Of a DNA stretch of 64,000 nucleotides, positions 9,518 through 19,001 are shown piece by piece; position 1 is the stretch's first letter, and each line of letters begins with the position of its first letter. This DNA comes from a virus. The notes beneath the pieces were generated by a model. It was not told where the DNA came from, did no database searches, and was given only the letters and a program-made list of their open reading frames with translations. The position numbers were made by a program, and so were the translations under genes. Where the stretch lies: the IMG/VR virus record IMGVR_UViG_2030936005_000025, positions 44,451 to 108,450 of that record; one strand, written 5' to 3'.

Positions 9518-9996
9518 ACTTGACCTCTGTGGAGTGCTTTGAACTTATAACGAGAGAAGTTACTCTTACCCATAAACTTCTCACCGCAAATAACGTAGAA
9601 CTCGTTTTCCTTTTTATCCAGCTGTAACGCCACAGGAAGCAAGCTCTCGTTGTTTTTGTCGAAGTAACCCAATGTGTTATTGACATAACGAACGCTGTTT
9701 ACAGCGTGTTCTGGGGTACTCATTTCCGATGGGAATGTGAAGTAAGGCATGAGTGTGTGCATTTCAGATGTTAACTCGATTACACGACTCACATTTAAGC
9801 AACCTTCACAGTCACCGATACGAATCACTTCACCCTCACGCCAAATGCGGAACTGATTGAAAACCAGACTCGGTGGCTTTTCATGGTAAGCGAGAACAGA
9901 CCAGATGATAAACGCAATCAACTGTTCCATGGTGAATTCGACTTTCTCATCACGAGGCATGTCCAATTCATATTTGGTAATACGGGAAAGTAACAT
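9514..9996 (-). CDS. Hypothetical protein, tandem paralog family A
   Basis: 4-nt overlap with the next gene; shares the family motifs. Confidence 0.7.
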   Translation of the reverse strand: MLLSRITKYELDMPRDEKVEFTMEQLIAFIIWSVLAYHEKPPSLVFNQFRIWREGEVIRIGDCEGCLNVSRVIELTSEMHTLMPYFTFPSEMSTPEHAVNSVRYVNNTLGYFDKNNESLLPVALQLDKKENEFYVICGEKFMGKSNFSRYKFKALHRGQV

Positions 9997-10015
9997 AAAA
10001 AATATCTCTAATAAA

Positions 10016-10043
10016 GGTTAGGTATCCATATGGATACCTAACC
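10016..10043. repeat. Perfect 28-bp palindrome
   Basis: ggttaggtatccatatggatacctaacc, intergenic. Confidence 0.9.
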
Positions 10044-10049
10044 GAGTTA

Positions 10050-10814
10050 TTAAGCAGGAGAGTTAGCAGAGATCTCTACCATATCGTGAAGACGCTGTTC
10101 GAACACCTGAGGAACCGCCAACTGGAAGACTTCAGGACGATCAGGGTAATCAGTACCCCAACCGATATAGGCCTGGATGTTCTGATTTTTGAACACACGA
10201 ATACCCAGCTTCCCGATCTTGCCTTCCATGTAGATATTACCAACGGCATGAACGACGTTGAATTCAATATCTTCATCAGAAGAAGTTTTCCCTTCGAACA
10301 CTCTCACGCCCTGACCTGCAGGATCCCAAGCATCCTGATAAAACATGAATTGTACCAGGTCAAGGATTGCCTGGCTGGGTTTCTGTTCATCGTCCAGGCT
10401 CAGTCTGCCCGTGCTAAGACCTACCGCCAGATTAGCGATACCGATTGACTGAGAGACCGCGTTATTACCGTTGACTTCATCGAAGCCATTGATAATGTCC
10501 TCATTCATGCGGGTCAGATCACAGTCACCCATTTCTTCATACTGATGCGCCATCTTCAAACGAAGATCAGAATCAATGTCGAAACGGAAGATCGGTTTGA
10601 GATCAACCGGACCCCTGATGATCTGATCGCGAATCGGTGCCGGTGCAGTAACCAGTTCACACGCCAGGAAGCCGATGGTCTCCCAGATGTTCTGGTTGAT
10701 CGTAATAGCTTTCAGTGTATGAAGACCACTGGTCATGGAAATCGCGATCTCTGGTTGATTGGACTGAACATCGATAGCGGTCAGCGTAATCAAATCTTTA
10801 GTTCTTGACTTCAT
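10050..10814 (-). CDS. Hypothetical protein (possible distant family A member)
   Basis: Likely start MKSRTK at 10814 with SD aggag; the longer 10937 start overlaps the upstream gene extensively. Confidence 0.65.
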   Translation of the reverse strand: MKSRTKDLITLTAIDVQSNQPEIAISMTSGLHTLKAITINQNIWETIGFLACELVTAPAPIRDQIIRGPVDLKPIFRFDIDSDLRLKMAHQYEEMGDCDLTRMNEDIINGFDEVNGNNAVSQSIGIANLAVGLSTGRLSLDDEQKPSQAILDLVQFMFYQDAWDPAGQGVRVFEGKTSSDEDIEFNVVHAVGNIYMEGKIGKLGIRVFKNQNIQAYIGWGTDYPDRPEVFQLAVPQVFEQRLHDMVEISANSPA

Positions 10815-11292
10815 GGTCGTACTCCTGAAATTGGTGGTTAACAATAGACGCTTTGAGTTTCTGATGTTTTTCATGCTTTTCGTTACTGGCTCGAATTTCC
10901 TGATTACATTCAAAGACCTTGTCATTGACAGTGGCAACGATGTCGTGAGGAATTCGACCTAAAGGATGAGCGGTTTCATCAGTACACTGCGTACCTGAAT
11001 ATTTCTTCCGATAAGCAAAAGGAAGATTACGACGTTTCCAGCGATAAACAATATCTCGAACACGTGTCTGAGTATGTTTACCCTGAATATATTCCCAATC
11101 CTTATCAACAGATACCGTGATGACAACCAGTTCACCTAAGAACTGGTCTTTGAAGTGGCGCTTATAAGTCCACCACTTCATATTCCAAACCGCCACCTGA
11201 GCTTTCCACAATACAGGAAGTTTAGAATGCATAACTAAAGCGACTAACCAGTTTACTGGACTGTTCCAGAAACTCGTCTTCATTTTATTCAT
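10798..11292 (-). CDS. Hypothetical protein
   Basis: 164-aa ORF in a tightly packed operon. Confidence 0.6.
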   Translation of the reverse strand: MNKMKTSFWNSPVNWLVALVMHSKLPVLWKAQVAVWNMKWWTYKRHFKDQFLGELVVITVSVDKDWEYIQGKHTQTRVRDIVYRWKRRNLPFAYRKKYSGTQCTDETAHPLGRIPHDIVATVNDKVFECNQEIRASNEKHEKHQKLKASIVNHQFQEYDHEVKN

Positions 11293-11785
11293 GTTTCTTT
11301 TCTCGAAGTTTAATGCGTTTCTCTATGCCCCAGAAATAGAAATCAAATACACGATCAATGTCTGCGTTAACAGCAGCTTCCGGAATGTAAGTTCCATAAT
11401 CCCTGCAACGAGGTTGGCCCTTGTACATCCCGTAGTTATCAACGACACATTCACAGTAGCGTTTGATTTCAAAAACCTCTTGATCTTCCGGGTCATGACA
11501 TTTGAATATATCAGCCATGAATGCATGAAAGAGAGGTTCCGAGCAATCTCTTACCCGAGGCATAATAAGTAACCAGCCACCTGGAGCACTCCAAGTCACT
11601 GGAACGAGATACTGGGAATCAGGATAGCTTCTAGAGAGCATGGCCTCATTGAGATTAGCCAGTAACCCTCTTAAGAAACTGTTCCACTTTTTCCAGTTAG
11701 GAACTTTGATAACGAACGTATCAAAGATAAAGACGATACGGGTACTCCCATACCGCCTCTTCACTGGAAAGCCAAACACTACCAA
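11285..11785 (-). CDS. Minimal protein-kinase-like fold protein
   Basis: GSTRIVF (P-loop strand), VIKVP (catalytic Lys), NLNE (alphaC Glu), LLIMPR hinge, ECVVDNYG and RDYG. Confidence 0.55.
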   Translation of the reverse strand: MVVFGFPVKRRYGSTRIVFIFDTFVIKVPNWKKWNSFLRGLLANLNEAMLSRSYPDSQYLVPVTWSAPGGWLLIMPRVRDCSEPLFHAFMADIFKCHDPEDQEVFEIKRYCECVVDNYGMYKGQPRCRDYGTYIPEAAVNADIDRVFDFYFWGIEKRIKLREKKHE

Positions 11786-12132
11786 ATACCCAACAGCAGG
11801 ATTTCAACATTACGACACGACTTATAAACGTCGTTGGTGAAACCCACAGTCTGGCGCAGATACAACATGGACAGTTTGTCCTGCAGTGTCATACCAGACA
11901 GGTTGATGTTCATCAGGCCTTTTTCCAGAGCCACGCGGAGTGCTTGGTCAACAACATCTTCCACCATGATGCGGAAGTGTTTGTCGAGCACTGAATCAAC
12001 TGCCTTGTTTTGAGAAATGGTTGGAGAGAACCCGTTTAACTTCTCTCCTTCAAACTCGGCTTCTAACTTGAGTTCAACACTGAACTCGTCGTGGTGTTCT
12101 TCATAACGGGTAAACTTTAATACGTGTAACAT
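11779..12132 (-). CDS. Hypothetical protein
   Basis: Coupled start/stop with neighbours. Confidence 0.6.
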   Translation of the reverse strand: MLHVLKFTRYEEHHDEFSVELKLEAEFEGEKLNGFSPTISQNKAVDSVLDKHFRIMVEDVVDQALRVALEKGLMNINLSGMTLQDKLSMLYLRQTVGFTNDVYKSCRNVEILLLGIW

Positions 12133-12764
12133 TAGACGGTCTCCTCGATCATATTAGTTTTAAGTGCTTTACTATTGACCAGTGAGAATTTCTCACCAGC
12201 GATAGCACGCAGGATTTTCTCGGCGGTGCAGGTGCATACTTCAGGGTTAATTGCTGCAAAGTCATTATTGACCTTGAACAAAGAACTTATTATGTCATCT
12301 TCCATCAGGTCCATACGGAGACCATCTCCGTAATTAATGTAATACCCATAGAAGACATAATTCTCTTCCGTTAAACCTTCATCTGTGCCGATGATCGAGT
12401 TCTTTAGAAGTTGAATATTTTCTTCTGCTGCATCCCCAACTTCATTTAAGAGTGCGTCGGGAATTTGCATAATAGATGGAACCACTTCCATCTTTCCATC
12501 TACATCAAAGAAATGATACACAGCGAACACCCAATCACGGCGCTCGCCATAAAAGAATTTGGTCATCTCTTGCAGGCCAACATTTAAGGCACTGCCTCTC
12601 AGCATCATGTTGACTTCACTGAGGTGGAACGACATCGGGTCGTGGTTCATATCCCCGATCATATAAAACTTGTTGATCGCAGTATTCAGTACATGTGCAA
12701 CTTGTTTGGTCATTGCTTTTACTGGACTGTACTTCTTATTGCGTGGTGCTTTAGTCTTTGCCAT
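12132..12764 (-). CDS. Hypothetical protein with basic N-terminus
   Basis: Likely ATG start MAKTKAPRNKKY at 12764 after aagga. Confidence 0.65.
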   Translation of the reverse strand: MAKTKAPRNKKYSPVKAMTKQVAHVLNTAINKFYMIGDMNHDPMSFHLSEVNMMLRGSALNVGLQEMTKFFYGERRDWVFAVYHFFDVDGKMEVVPSIMQIPDALLNEVGDAAEENIQLLKNSIIGTDEGLTEENYVFYGYYINYGDGLRMDLMEDDIISSLFKVNNDFAAINPEVCTCTAEKILRAIAGEKFSLVNSKALKTNMIEETV

Positions 12765-12814
12765 TTTACTACTTTCCTTCTTTGTCAATTTTAATATGAG
12801 GTCGTCCAGAAAAA

Positions 12815-13060
12815 TTAATCTTTCCGAACACCTGCTTTTGGTTTGGTGACTTCATAACCCAACCAACGAGTCAGGAGATCAATTTTACCTTTCACTGCAG
12901 CGATCTGCATTTCAGGAGCTTTCTTAGCAACCAGCTTCTCCAGCTGCTTTTCCAGCCTTTTGATTTTGATCTTTCTGTCACAATCGGACATGTACTGTGC
13001 TTCGATAATGTCAGGGTGATGCTTCAGGCTGTTTATTGTACTGATAGAAATTTGTTCCAT
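12815..13060 (-). CDS. Hypothetical protein
   Basis: 81 aa with SD ggag; basic and helical. Confidence 0.6.
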   Translation of the reverse strand: MEQISISTINSLKHHPDIIEAQYMSDCDRKIKIKRLEKQLEKLVAKKAPEMQIAAVKGKIDLLTRWLGYEVTKPKAGVRKD

Positions 13061-13076
13061 GGTTTACTCCAGGGAC

Positions 13077-13301
13077 TTATTTAGTGGATTGTTCTTTGTG
13101 GTTAAGTTCAGCGAGTGCCTCAATTCGGGATGCGAACATAGCGACATCGGTGTACATACCAGCAAGCAACGCTCGACGGATGTCACCCATATGGTAACCG
13201 ATCATGGTATCACGCTGTGTGGTAGTCATGTTCTTTGGATCAACACCGACAACACGTCGTGCTACGCGACGACCAATTGGTAATACTTCCTTTCTAGCCA
13301 T
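13077..13301 (-). CDS. Hypothetical protein
   Basis: 74 aa in operon. Confidence 0.6.
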   Translation of the reverse strand: MARKEVLPIGRRVARRVVGVDPKNMTTTQRDTMIGYHMGDIRRALLAGMYTDVAMFASRIEALAELNHKEQSTK

Positions 13302-13304
13302 AAC

Positions 13305-13508
13305 TTATCCTTTATACATTTCGTTCAGATCACGGTGAGTGCGACGTGGATTGTTGTAAGCAACGGTGCCATTGTTCTCTGCTTTAACACGAGCCAGGAT
13401 GCGCAGCTGTTCTTCGATGGTCACTTCGGTTACTTTAATGGTAGAAGTGGTTTTAGCATCTTGACGAGCCAGAACGCGTTTCAGTACTGCAGCGAAATTA
13501 TTTTTCAT
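13305..13508 (-). CDS. Hypothetical protein
   Basis: 67 aa in operon. Confidence 0.6.
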   Translation of the reverse strand: MKNNFAAVLKRVLARQDAKTTSTIKVTEVTIEEQLRILARVKAENNGTVAYNNPRRTHRDLNEMYKG

Positions 13509-13728
13509 TTGAATCTTCCTCTATATAACAGTCAATACAATAGTCCTCCCACTGTCCGTAGACTTCCGTGGAAGATAAGGGGCGACCACAATCCGAACAT
13601 TTGCTGTAAGGCTTGTTGTCAATAAGTGAACGCTTTACGGTCTCGTTCATTTGACCTGCTGACAATCGAAGATTATTGATCCTGCGAGTTACAGCACTTT
13701 CCAATACACTACCAAAGAGTTTAGCCAT
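13498..13728 (-). CDS. Small C4 zinc-finger protein
   Basis: CSDCGRPLSSTEVYGQWEDYCIDC; likely start MAKLFG at 13728. Confidence 0.6.
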   Translation of the reverse strand: MAKLFGSVLESAVTRRINNLRLSAGQMNETVKRSLIDNKPYSKCSDCGRPLSSTEVYGQWEDYCIDCYIEEDSNEK

Positions 13729-13729
13729 G

Positions 13730-13948
13730 TTAGTACCACGGCTTTTTGGTAGGTTTAACATCCAGGTTTGGTGTCATTCGTTTGAAATAAACAGGAACGA
13801 AGAACACCACTGCAACTGTACCAACGGCAAGCCAGCCCAAGATATCATGGTCACGGATATTAAACCCTGACGCGATATAACTTGCGATGACCATTCCAAT
13901 ACAAATAGATGCAACCAACCACACTAATACCAACAATACTGTTTTCAT
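13730..13948 (-). CDS. Small two-TM membrane protein
   Basis: Two hydrophobic stretches and a basic tail. Confidence 0.6.
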   Translation of the reverse strand: MKTVLLVLVWLVASICIGMVIASYIASGFNIRDHDILGWLAVGTVAVVFFVPVYFKRMTPNLDVKPTKKPWY

Positions 13949-14157
13949 TTACTTATCTTCCCAGATTGAATACCAGAGATGACAGAATGAGAACCGTACA
14001 TTTTACTAACACGAATATACGCCTCATACTCTTCATCTTTTACTTTCTCGAGGTCATAAATCTCAAGAATGATTTCGTTTGCTTTAAGACGATCTCCATA
14101 AGCACGCGCTTTACGAAGATCCGTATTTAACTGATCAAGATGTTCCTGTCTTGTCAT
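13945..14157 (-). CDS. Hypothetical protein
   Basis: 4-nt overlaps with both neighbours. Confidence 0.6.
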   Translation of the reverse strand: MTRQEHLDQLNTDLRKARAYGDRLKANEIILEIYDLEKVKDEEYEAYIRVSKMYGSHSVISGIQSGKISK

Positions 14158-14741
14158 TCCTCTTTCTTTCCTGGATTAAATATGTCACGTTGTTTAGGTT
14201 CGCACCCAGGTTGCGACTGCTGATGTATGGCTTCAGAACCCATTCTGTCAAGTAGGATATGGTGTTCTATAGCCGCTTGTGTTTTAAACATATCGACCCT
14301 AGCTTCGCCATCTGGATAAGTCGTAGTAAGAGTTGGGATAGGTGTCCGTCTAGCACGTTCTTGGTTAAACCGTTTAATCAATTTAACAAGACGATTTTTA
14401 ACATTATCAATATCGTCTTCATTGATGATAACAGTAGTATTGTCCCGGATGTTTGGGAACACTTTGATGATGTAGACATCGCGATGAGTTGCTTTTTGTT
14501 TTTCAACAAAAGAAATTGTTATTTTAGAGACTGTCTTTTCACAGTTCCGACTTTCATTGCCGGCGGATTGTTTTTCTACATCCAGCTCTAACTCTGGATT
14601 TTTAGGACCCACTTGATCTAAACCGTGATTGAGTAGTTCCAGAACTTTGATTGCCTGATCGATACTAGCAACGCGCAAACGAAGTTTACGGTCATCGGTG
14701 ATGTGAATCTCACGGACATGATGATCAAAAATGTTTTTCAT
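14154..14741 (-). CDS. Hypothetical protein
   Basis: 195 aa in operon. Confidence 0.6.
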   Translation of the reverse strand: MKNIFDHHVREIHITDDRKLRLRVASIDQAIKVLELLNHGLDQVGPKNPELELDVEKQSAGNESRNCEKTVSKITISFVEKQKATHRDVYIIKVFPNIRDNTTVIINEDDIDNVKNRLVKLIKRFNQERARRTPIPTLTTTYPDGEARVDMFKTQAAIEHHILLDRMGSEAIHQQSQPGCEPKQRDIFNPGKKEE

Positions 14742-14870
14742 TTACTCTTCCTCAGTTTCAATTGTTTTACCGATACGATGCCAACAGCTGTAACACCAAA
14801 CATCATAGATGCCGAAAGTCTCATCGTCACAAAGTTTACAACCACATGCCCTGCAATTTTTATAGATCAT
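14742..14870 (-). CDS. 42-aa C4 zinc-finger microprotein (absent from ORF track)
   Basis: Translated by hand: MIYKNCRACGCKLCDDETFGIYDVWCYSCWHRIGKTIETEEE; SD gaggt; fills the operon gap exactly. Confidence 0.7.
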   Translation of the reverse strand: MIYKNCRACGCKLCDDETFGIYDVWCYSCWHRIGKTIETEEE

Positions 14871-14914
14871 GACAACCTCTTAATGAGGGAGTTTCCTCCC
14901 TCCATCAGAATAGC

Positions 14915-15430
14915 TTATTTGTTACCGTCAACATCAGGTTGATAATTCTGACGATGGTTCAGGTCAGTTTTACCTACCGGAGAAGATTTAGTTGGTTTCC
15001 TGATATCAGCAAAAGCAACATCTGGATGAAGACCAGGATGACCGTTACCTTTAAGGTTAACGCGACCATCAGGAGAATGTTTCTGATGACGATTACCTTG
15101 CTTGGTAATTGACATCTGTTCAGCCCATGATGGGTTAACAACCGGACGCGGACTAACAACGACGTTCCGTTCTTTCACTGGCAGGCCCAGGGATTTGCTC
15201 AGCAGGTCGATCTTGTCCTGCACTTCATCAATCTGAGCACACAGCTCAGCCCACTGCTGACCAGAACCCTTTACACCTTTCAGTGCTTGGCGTTGTTCGC
15301 GCAGAGCTTTGACCTTGGTAATCAAACTAAAGCGTTGCTCTTTGAGCTGGTCTTTCAAAACGTTCATACGTGGAGCAGGAGTAAATGGTTTCTTAGCGGC
15401 TACGTTCATACTGGTCTTTCCTTCTATCAA
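14915..15430 (-). CDS. Basic coiled-coil hypothetical protein
   Basis: 171 aa, Lys/Arg-rich; the start may be the ATG at 15409. Confidence 0.6.
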   Translation of the reverse strand: MIEGKTSMNVAAKKPFTPAPRMNVLKDQLKEQRFSLITKVKALREQRQALKGVKGSGQQWAELCAQIDEVQDKIDLLSKSLGLPVKERNVVVSPRPVVNPSWAEQMSITKQGNRHQKHSPDGRVNLKGNGHPGLHPDVAFADIRKPTKSSPVGKTDLNHRQNYQPDVDGNK

Positions 15431-15446
15431 TAAGTGGTTGGGTTAA

Positions 15447-15605
15447 TTAAACGAGTGATTCTAAATCTTTGCGCACTACACGGGCTATTTCCATTAGCCT
15501 GTCATGTTCTTCTCCTTCAGCTTCTTTGAGTTTCAGCTGCAGAGTACCCAGACGGTCAGCGAGTTCAATCATAATGGCATTGACTTCTGCTGTTTTACTA
15601 TCCAT
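15447..15605 (-). CDS. 52-aa helical microprotein (absent from ORF track)
   Basis: MDSKTAEVNAIMIELADRLGTLQLKLKEAEGEEHDRLMEIARVVRKDLESLV; SD aagga; first gene after the promoter motif. Confidence 0.65.
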   Translation of the reverse strand: MDSKTAEVNAIMIELADRLGTLQLKLKEAEGEEHDRLMEIARVVRKDLESLV

Positions 15606-15632
15606 AACAAATCCTTAAATATTTGGTTTACT

Positions 15633-15655
15633 TACACTTTAATAATATCGAACTA
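15633..15655 (-). promoter_or_regulatory. Putative phage early promoter (GATATTA-N5-GTGTA)
   Basis: Motif recurs with identical spacing at four sites, each just upstream of a - strand gene. Confidence 0.65.
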
Positions 15656-15675
15656 AAAAATAATGTAAGTGAAAA

Positions 15676-15700
15676 GGGACGAGAGCTTTCGCCCCCGTCC
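15676..15700 (-). terminator. Hairpin terminator candidate
   Basis: ggacgagagc-tttc-gcccccgtcc (GAAA loop and G-U pairs on the - strand) after the 15708 stop. Confidence 0.55.
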
Positions 15701-15707
15701 TTTTTAA

Positions 15708-16415
15708 TTAATGAATTGAGTAATCTTCCTTGGGGAGAACCACATACATCCCGCTTTCTTCATCCTTAACCAGGTAGTCACCTTTCTCAGGTGCCCAGTA
15801 GATTTTGTTGCGGAAGTAGATGAGTTTCTCCAACTCTACTTCATATTCCTTACCGTTAGCTACAACGAAACATGACTTAACCTTGGGTTGGTCAAAGTCA
15901 TCAATCTGCCCCAGGAATGTGTACTTGTTGGCTGCGATAAACTCGCCGGCGACAAATTCATTGCAAAGAGGTTTCAGTGTAACTACGATAACAGGAATGT
16001 CAGAACCTTCCAGTTTAAGCTCAAACGTGTACTGTTTCTTGTAGTGAGTGTCGACCAGGTTTTTCATTTCCTTTTCGATACCGTCTACGAACTCTTTCCA
16101 CTGTACACTATCAGGAACATGTTCCTCATTGATACTGCTGTTGAGATGCGGAGCACAGTCCAGGTTATACAGGAAGTCCAGCGCACTATCCAAAGCACAA
16201 GTTGGATAGGATTCATAAGGGCGCAGGCAACCTACATCACCAGAAACAATTGTACTCGTCATCCCTACCCAGGCGTTGCTTTGTCCCAATGCACGTCGGA
16301 AGTCAACCTTGGCTTCACCAGATACATGGACTTGAAGGTTACCGAAAGTACTCATGAGCTTCAACAACTCAGCGGAGATATTACGGTTATAGACTTCCGT
16401 ATCAAAGTCTGACAT
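15708..16415 (-). CDS. Hypothetical protein
   Basis: 235 aa, SD aggag. Confidence 0.7.
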   Translation of the reverse strand: MSDFDTEVYNRNISAELLKLMSTFGNLQVHVSGEAKVDFRRALGQSNAWVGMTSTIVSGDVGCLRPYESYPTCALDSALDFLYNLDCAPHLNSSINEEHVPDSVQWKEFVDGIEKEMKNLVDTHYKKQYTFELKLEGSDIPVIVVTLKPLCNEFVAGEFIAANKYTFLGQIDDFDQPKVKSCFVVANGKEYEVELEKLIYFRNKIYWAPEKGDYLVKDEESGMYVVLPKEDYSIH

Positions 16416-16431
16416 GATGACAGCTCCTTTA

Positions 16432-17802
16432 TTAGTTTAGTGTGGAGATCTCCGCATAGATGTTAATGCGGGACCGGATTTGATCAAGCAGGGAATTGAC
16501 AATGGTTTCACCCACTTTACCAATCACTGCTTTCTCTTTCTCAAATGCAATTGACGCTGCTTTCTTCCACAACGCACTGCTTCGAGAATACTGGCCACCG
16601 AATGGAGCAATCGGGAATGATGGTGGAGTATAGCCCCAACCGCCAGGACGCTGCTCAGTTTCCAATTTCGGTGGTTCTTGTTCAGTCACCAGCTCAGGGA
16701 AGAATTCCTTGATGCTGAAAATTTGATCGCCGACCATAATGTCACACTGGTTGACGCGAACAAATGGAACGGGTTTGGTTGCCGCGAACATACCGTAGTC
16801 AATACGACGTTCAACCGTCAACATCCACTCACCTTCATAGTAGCCGGCGTAATCGGATACAGGTTCATACCCTTTACCGATTTTACCATATCCGTGAGCG
16901 ACATACGGATGCAAATACTGGTTAGCCGCTTTGAAGGAGAACTGGTTATTGTTAGGCATGCTGTGCATTGAAATAGTGAAATCATTTCCACCCGATGCAC
17001 GATCCATGTTGATTGACTTCACGCCGGTAATAGACGCGCCAGTGATATCAGTATCAGTAATCGTTACAGAGTACTGAGCATGCAGGTAAACGCCGTAAAG
17101 ATGAGTGTCATCAATCGTTGAGTACTGATGAGAACCGCAGATTGTTGAGAACTCGATACTTGAGTCAATCAGGGTCAACATTCCGTCACCGGTTACAGAG
17201 GCATTTTTCAGAGAGACATCACCCGCTACAACCAGAGATTTAGCAGAGAGCTCACTCGCCACAATAACCAGTTTTGGAGCTTGTTTGACGTGTGGAGTTT
17301 CTTCCCAACCTAAGTCCGCATTCATGCGCTGAGAAATGGTAAGCTTGGAGCCATTAGTGATGTAAATGTCAACACCAGCAATGTGGTAATGTTTAAACTT
17401 AACATCTTTGGAAAGAAGCTCGGCATGCGGGTTGGCATGATAAGACTGGTTGGTGTATCTTTTATGGTAAGAACGACCAACAAGAATATTCTCTTTACTA
17501 AACTTACTCCAGGTTGCCAGTCCCAGTTTACTCACTTCCTCAGGAGTGACGTCACGACCTGTGAAAGTTTTACCTGCCACCTCGACGATACCGTCAGCCA
17601 AAAGTTCTGTGCGATAAGGACGAGAAACAGAATAGTCTCCTGCTGGCTTCAGGAATGGGATACCTTGGTTGTCCATGTCAAACGAAGCAGCTGGTAGTTC
17701 TTCTCCAACTTCTTCTTGAGCAGCGACTACTGAATCGAGAACTTTCTCGACAACTTCAACCGGCTTTAATTCAACAGTGGTTTCTTTTGATTTCTTGGTC
17801 AT
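16432..17802 (-). CDS. Hypothetical protein with beta-solenoid-like central region
   Basis: 456 aa; central short-period repeats (TIDDTHLYG, TITDTDITGASITG). Confidence 0.65.
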   Translation of the reverse strand: MTKKSKETTVELKPVEVVEKVLDSVVAAQEEVGEELPAASFDMDNQGIPFLKPAGDYSVSRPYRTELLADGIVEVAGKTFTGRDVTPEEVSKLGLATWSKFSKENILVGRSYHKRYTNQSYHANPHAELLSKDVKFKHYHIAGVDIYITNGSKLTISQRMNADLGWEETPHVKQAPKLVIVASELSAKSLVVAGDVSLKNASVTGDGMLTLIDSSIEFSTICGSHQYSTIDDTHLYGVYLHAQYSVTITDTDITGASITGVKSINMDRASGGNDFTISMHSMPNNNQFSFKAANQYLHPYVAHGYGKIGKGYEPVSDYAGYYEGEWMLTVERRIDYGMFAATKPVPFVRVNQCDIMVGDQIFSIKEFFPELVTEQEPPKLETEQRPGGWGYTPPSFPIAPFGGQYSRSSALWKKAASIAFEKEKAVIGKVGETIVNSLLDQIRSRINIYAEISTLN

Positions 17803-17861
17803 GATTATACCTTTTTAAGAAGGTGAATTTTAGTCCACCTTATGGAGAGGGTTGTTATTTA

Positions 17862-18314
17862 TTATTCTACGATTGAGTTCTTACGCAGCAATTCTTCTGT
17901 GTCATGCACCAATTCAGCCTGATACATATTCATGGCGTAATTGATGACCTGAATCAGACGAGGGTCAAACACAACGTCATTACCCTGTCTAACGGTGCGT
18001 TGGAATCCGCAGTTACTCAGGATGAACTCTTTGTGTGACATATCAATCGAAGACGGCATCCACAAATCTTTCTTTGCAGATTCGATGGTGTCCGATTCAC
18101 TGCTCGTCATGGTGGCTGTTTTCTTCAGCTTCACCATACGGTCGTGAGTGTCTTTGAGTGGAGAGCTTCCGATTTCTGGTTTACCGTAAACCTTTACCGG
18201 TGGTTCTACCTCTGCTTTAATATGAGAGAACCCGTGCTTACGAGAAATCTTGTTGTGAGTTTTCTCTTTAACAGAGAAGAACCACTTGATGCCTTCCCAA
18301 ATAGATCTGAACAT
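17862..18314 (-). CDS. Hypothetical protein
   Basis: 150 aa with an amphipathic N-terminus. Confidence 0.6.
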   Translation of the reverse strand: MFRSIWEGIKWFFSVKEKTHNKISRKHGFSHIKAEVEPPVKVYGKPEIGSSPLKDTHDRMVKLKKTATMTSSESDTIESAKKDLWMPSSIDMSHKEFILSNCGFQRTVRQGNDVVFDPRLIQVINYAMNMYQAELVHDTEELLRKNSIVE

Positions 18315-18607
18315 TAGTTATACCTCACGTTCCATGAACCTAAAAACAAACCGTTTTTACACATCACTCCTTGAACGTCTTTACCTCGTTCATTCTTACC
18401 TTTGAAGTGATACCCATACTGCTTATCAGGACAACCCCAGAAAGCCAGTGTAGAGATTTCCGCTGACTCGATGCCGTTAGATTCCAGGACACGTTTCTCT
18501 TCATCGCCAGGATTCCACACACTGAGGACACAGAAAGCCGCAATCAACCCGAAGAACAACCAGACGATGATTTTGGCTTGTAAAGAGATAGGACGACCTT
18601 TTGACAT
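18314..18607 (-). CDS. Single-TM protein with small Cys-pair extracytoplasmic domain
   Basis: IIVWLFFGLIAAFCVLSVW TM segment, then WGC...GVMC. Confidence 0.65.
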   Translation of the reverse strand: MSKGRPISLQAKIIVWLFFGLIAAFCVLSVWNPGDEEKRVLESNGIESAEISTLAFWGCPDKQYGYHFKGKNERGKDVQGVMCKNGLFLGSWNVRYN

Positions 18608-18616
18608 GATGACCTC

Positions 18617-18994
18617 TTACAGTGAGTCAGTTGCTTTACCGGCACGTAACATATAGACCGTACCTTTGTGATGTTTGCTATTCTCAGTTACGAAACAAAG
18701 AACGAAGTATTCATCATGCTGCCAAAACCAGAAGTAGCCATCACCTTTGGTATCCTTGGTAGGATCAAGTCTCTTAGCAGCTTTGTCACCGATTAAGAAA
18801 GTATCAGGTTTGGTATCCAATACTTCTTTGCTGAGAACACGATCTAACTCGGATGGTTGATTTGGATCAATCTTTATTTTATCCGCGCCGGTATAAATGA
18901 AAACCTTACCTTCGCGGACATAAAAGATTCCTTTCTTGTCCTTTAACAACTTCAAATTAAAGAAATCCATTTCTTCTAATTGATGTACAGCCAT
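18617..18994 (-). CDS. Hypothetical protein, paralog family B
   Basis: YVREGKVFIY versus YVRKGKCFIY in the neighbour. Confidence 0.65.
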   Translation of the reverse strand: MAVHQLEEMDFFNLKLLKDKKGIFYVREGKVFIYTGADKIKIDPNQPSELDRVLSKEVLDTKPDTFLIGDKAAKRLDPTKDTKGDGYFWFWQHDEYFVLCFVTENSKHHKGTVYMLRAGKATDSL

Positions 18995-19001
18995 AATGAC
19001 C

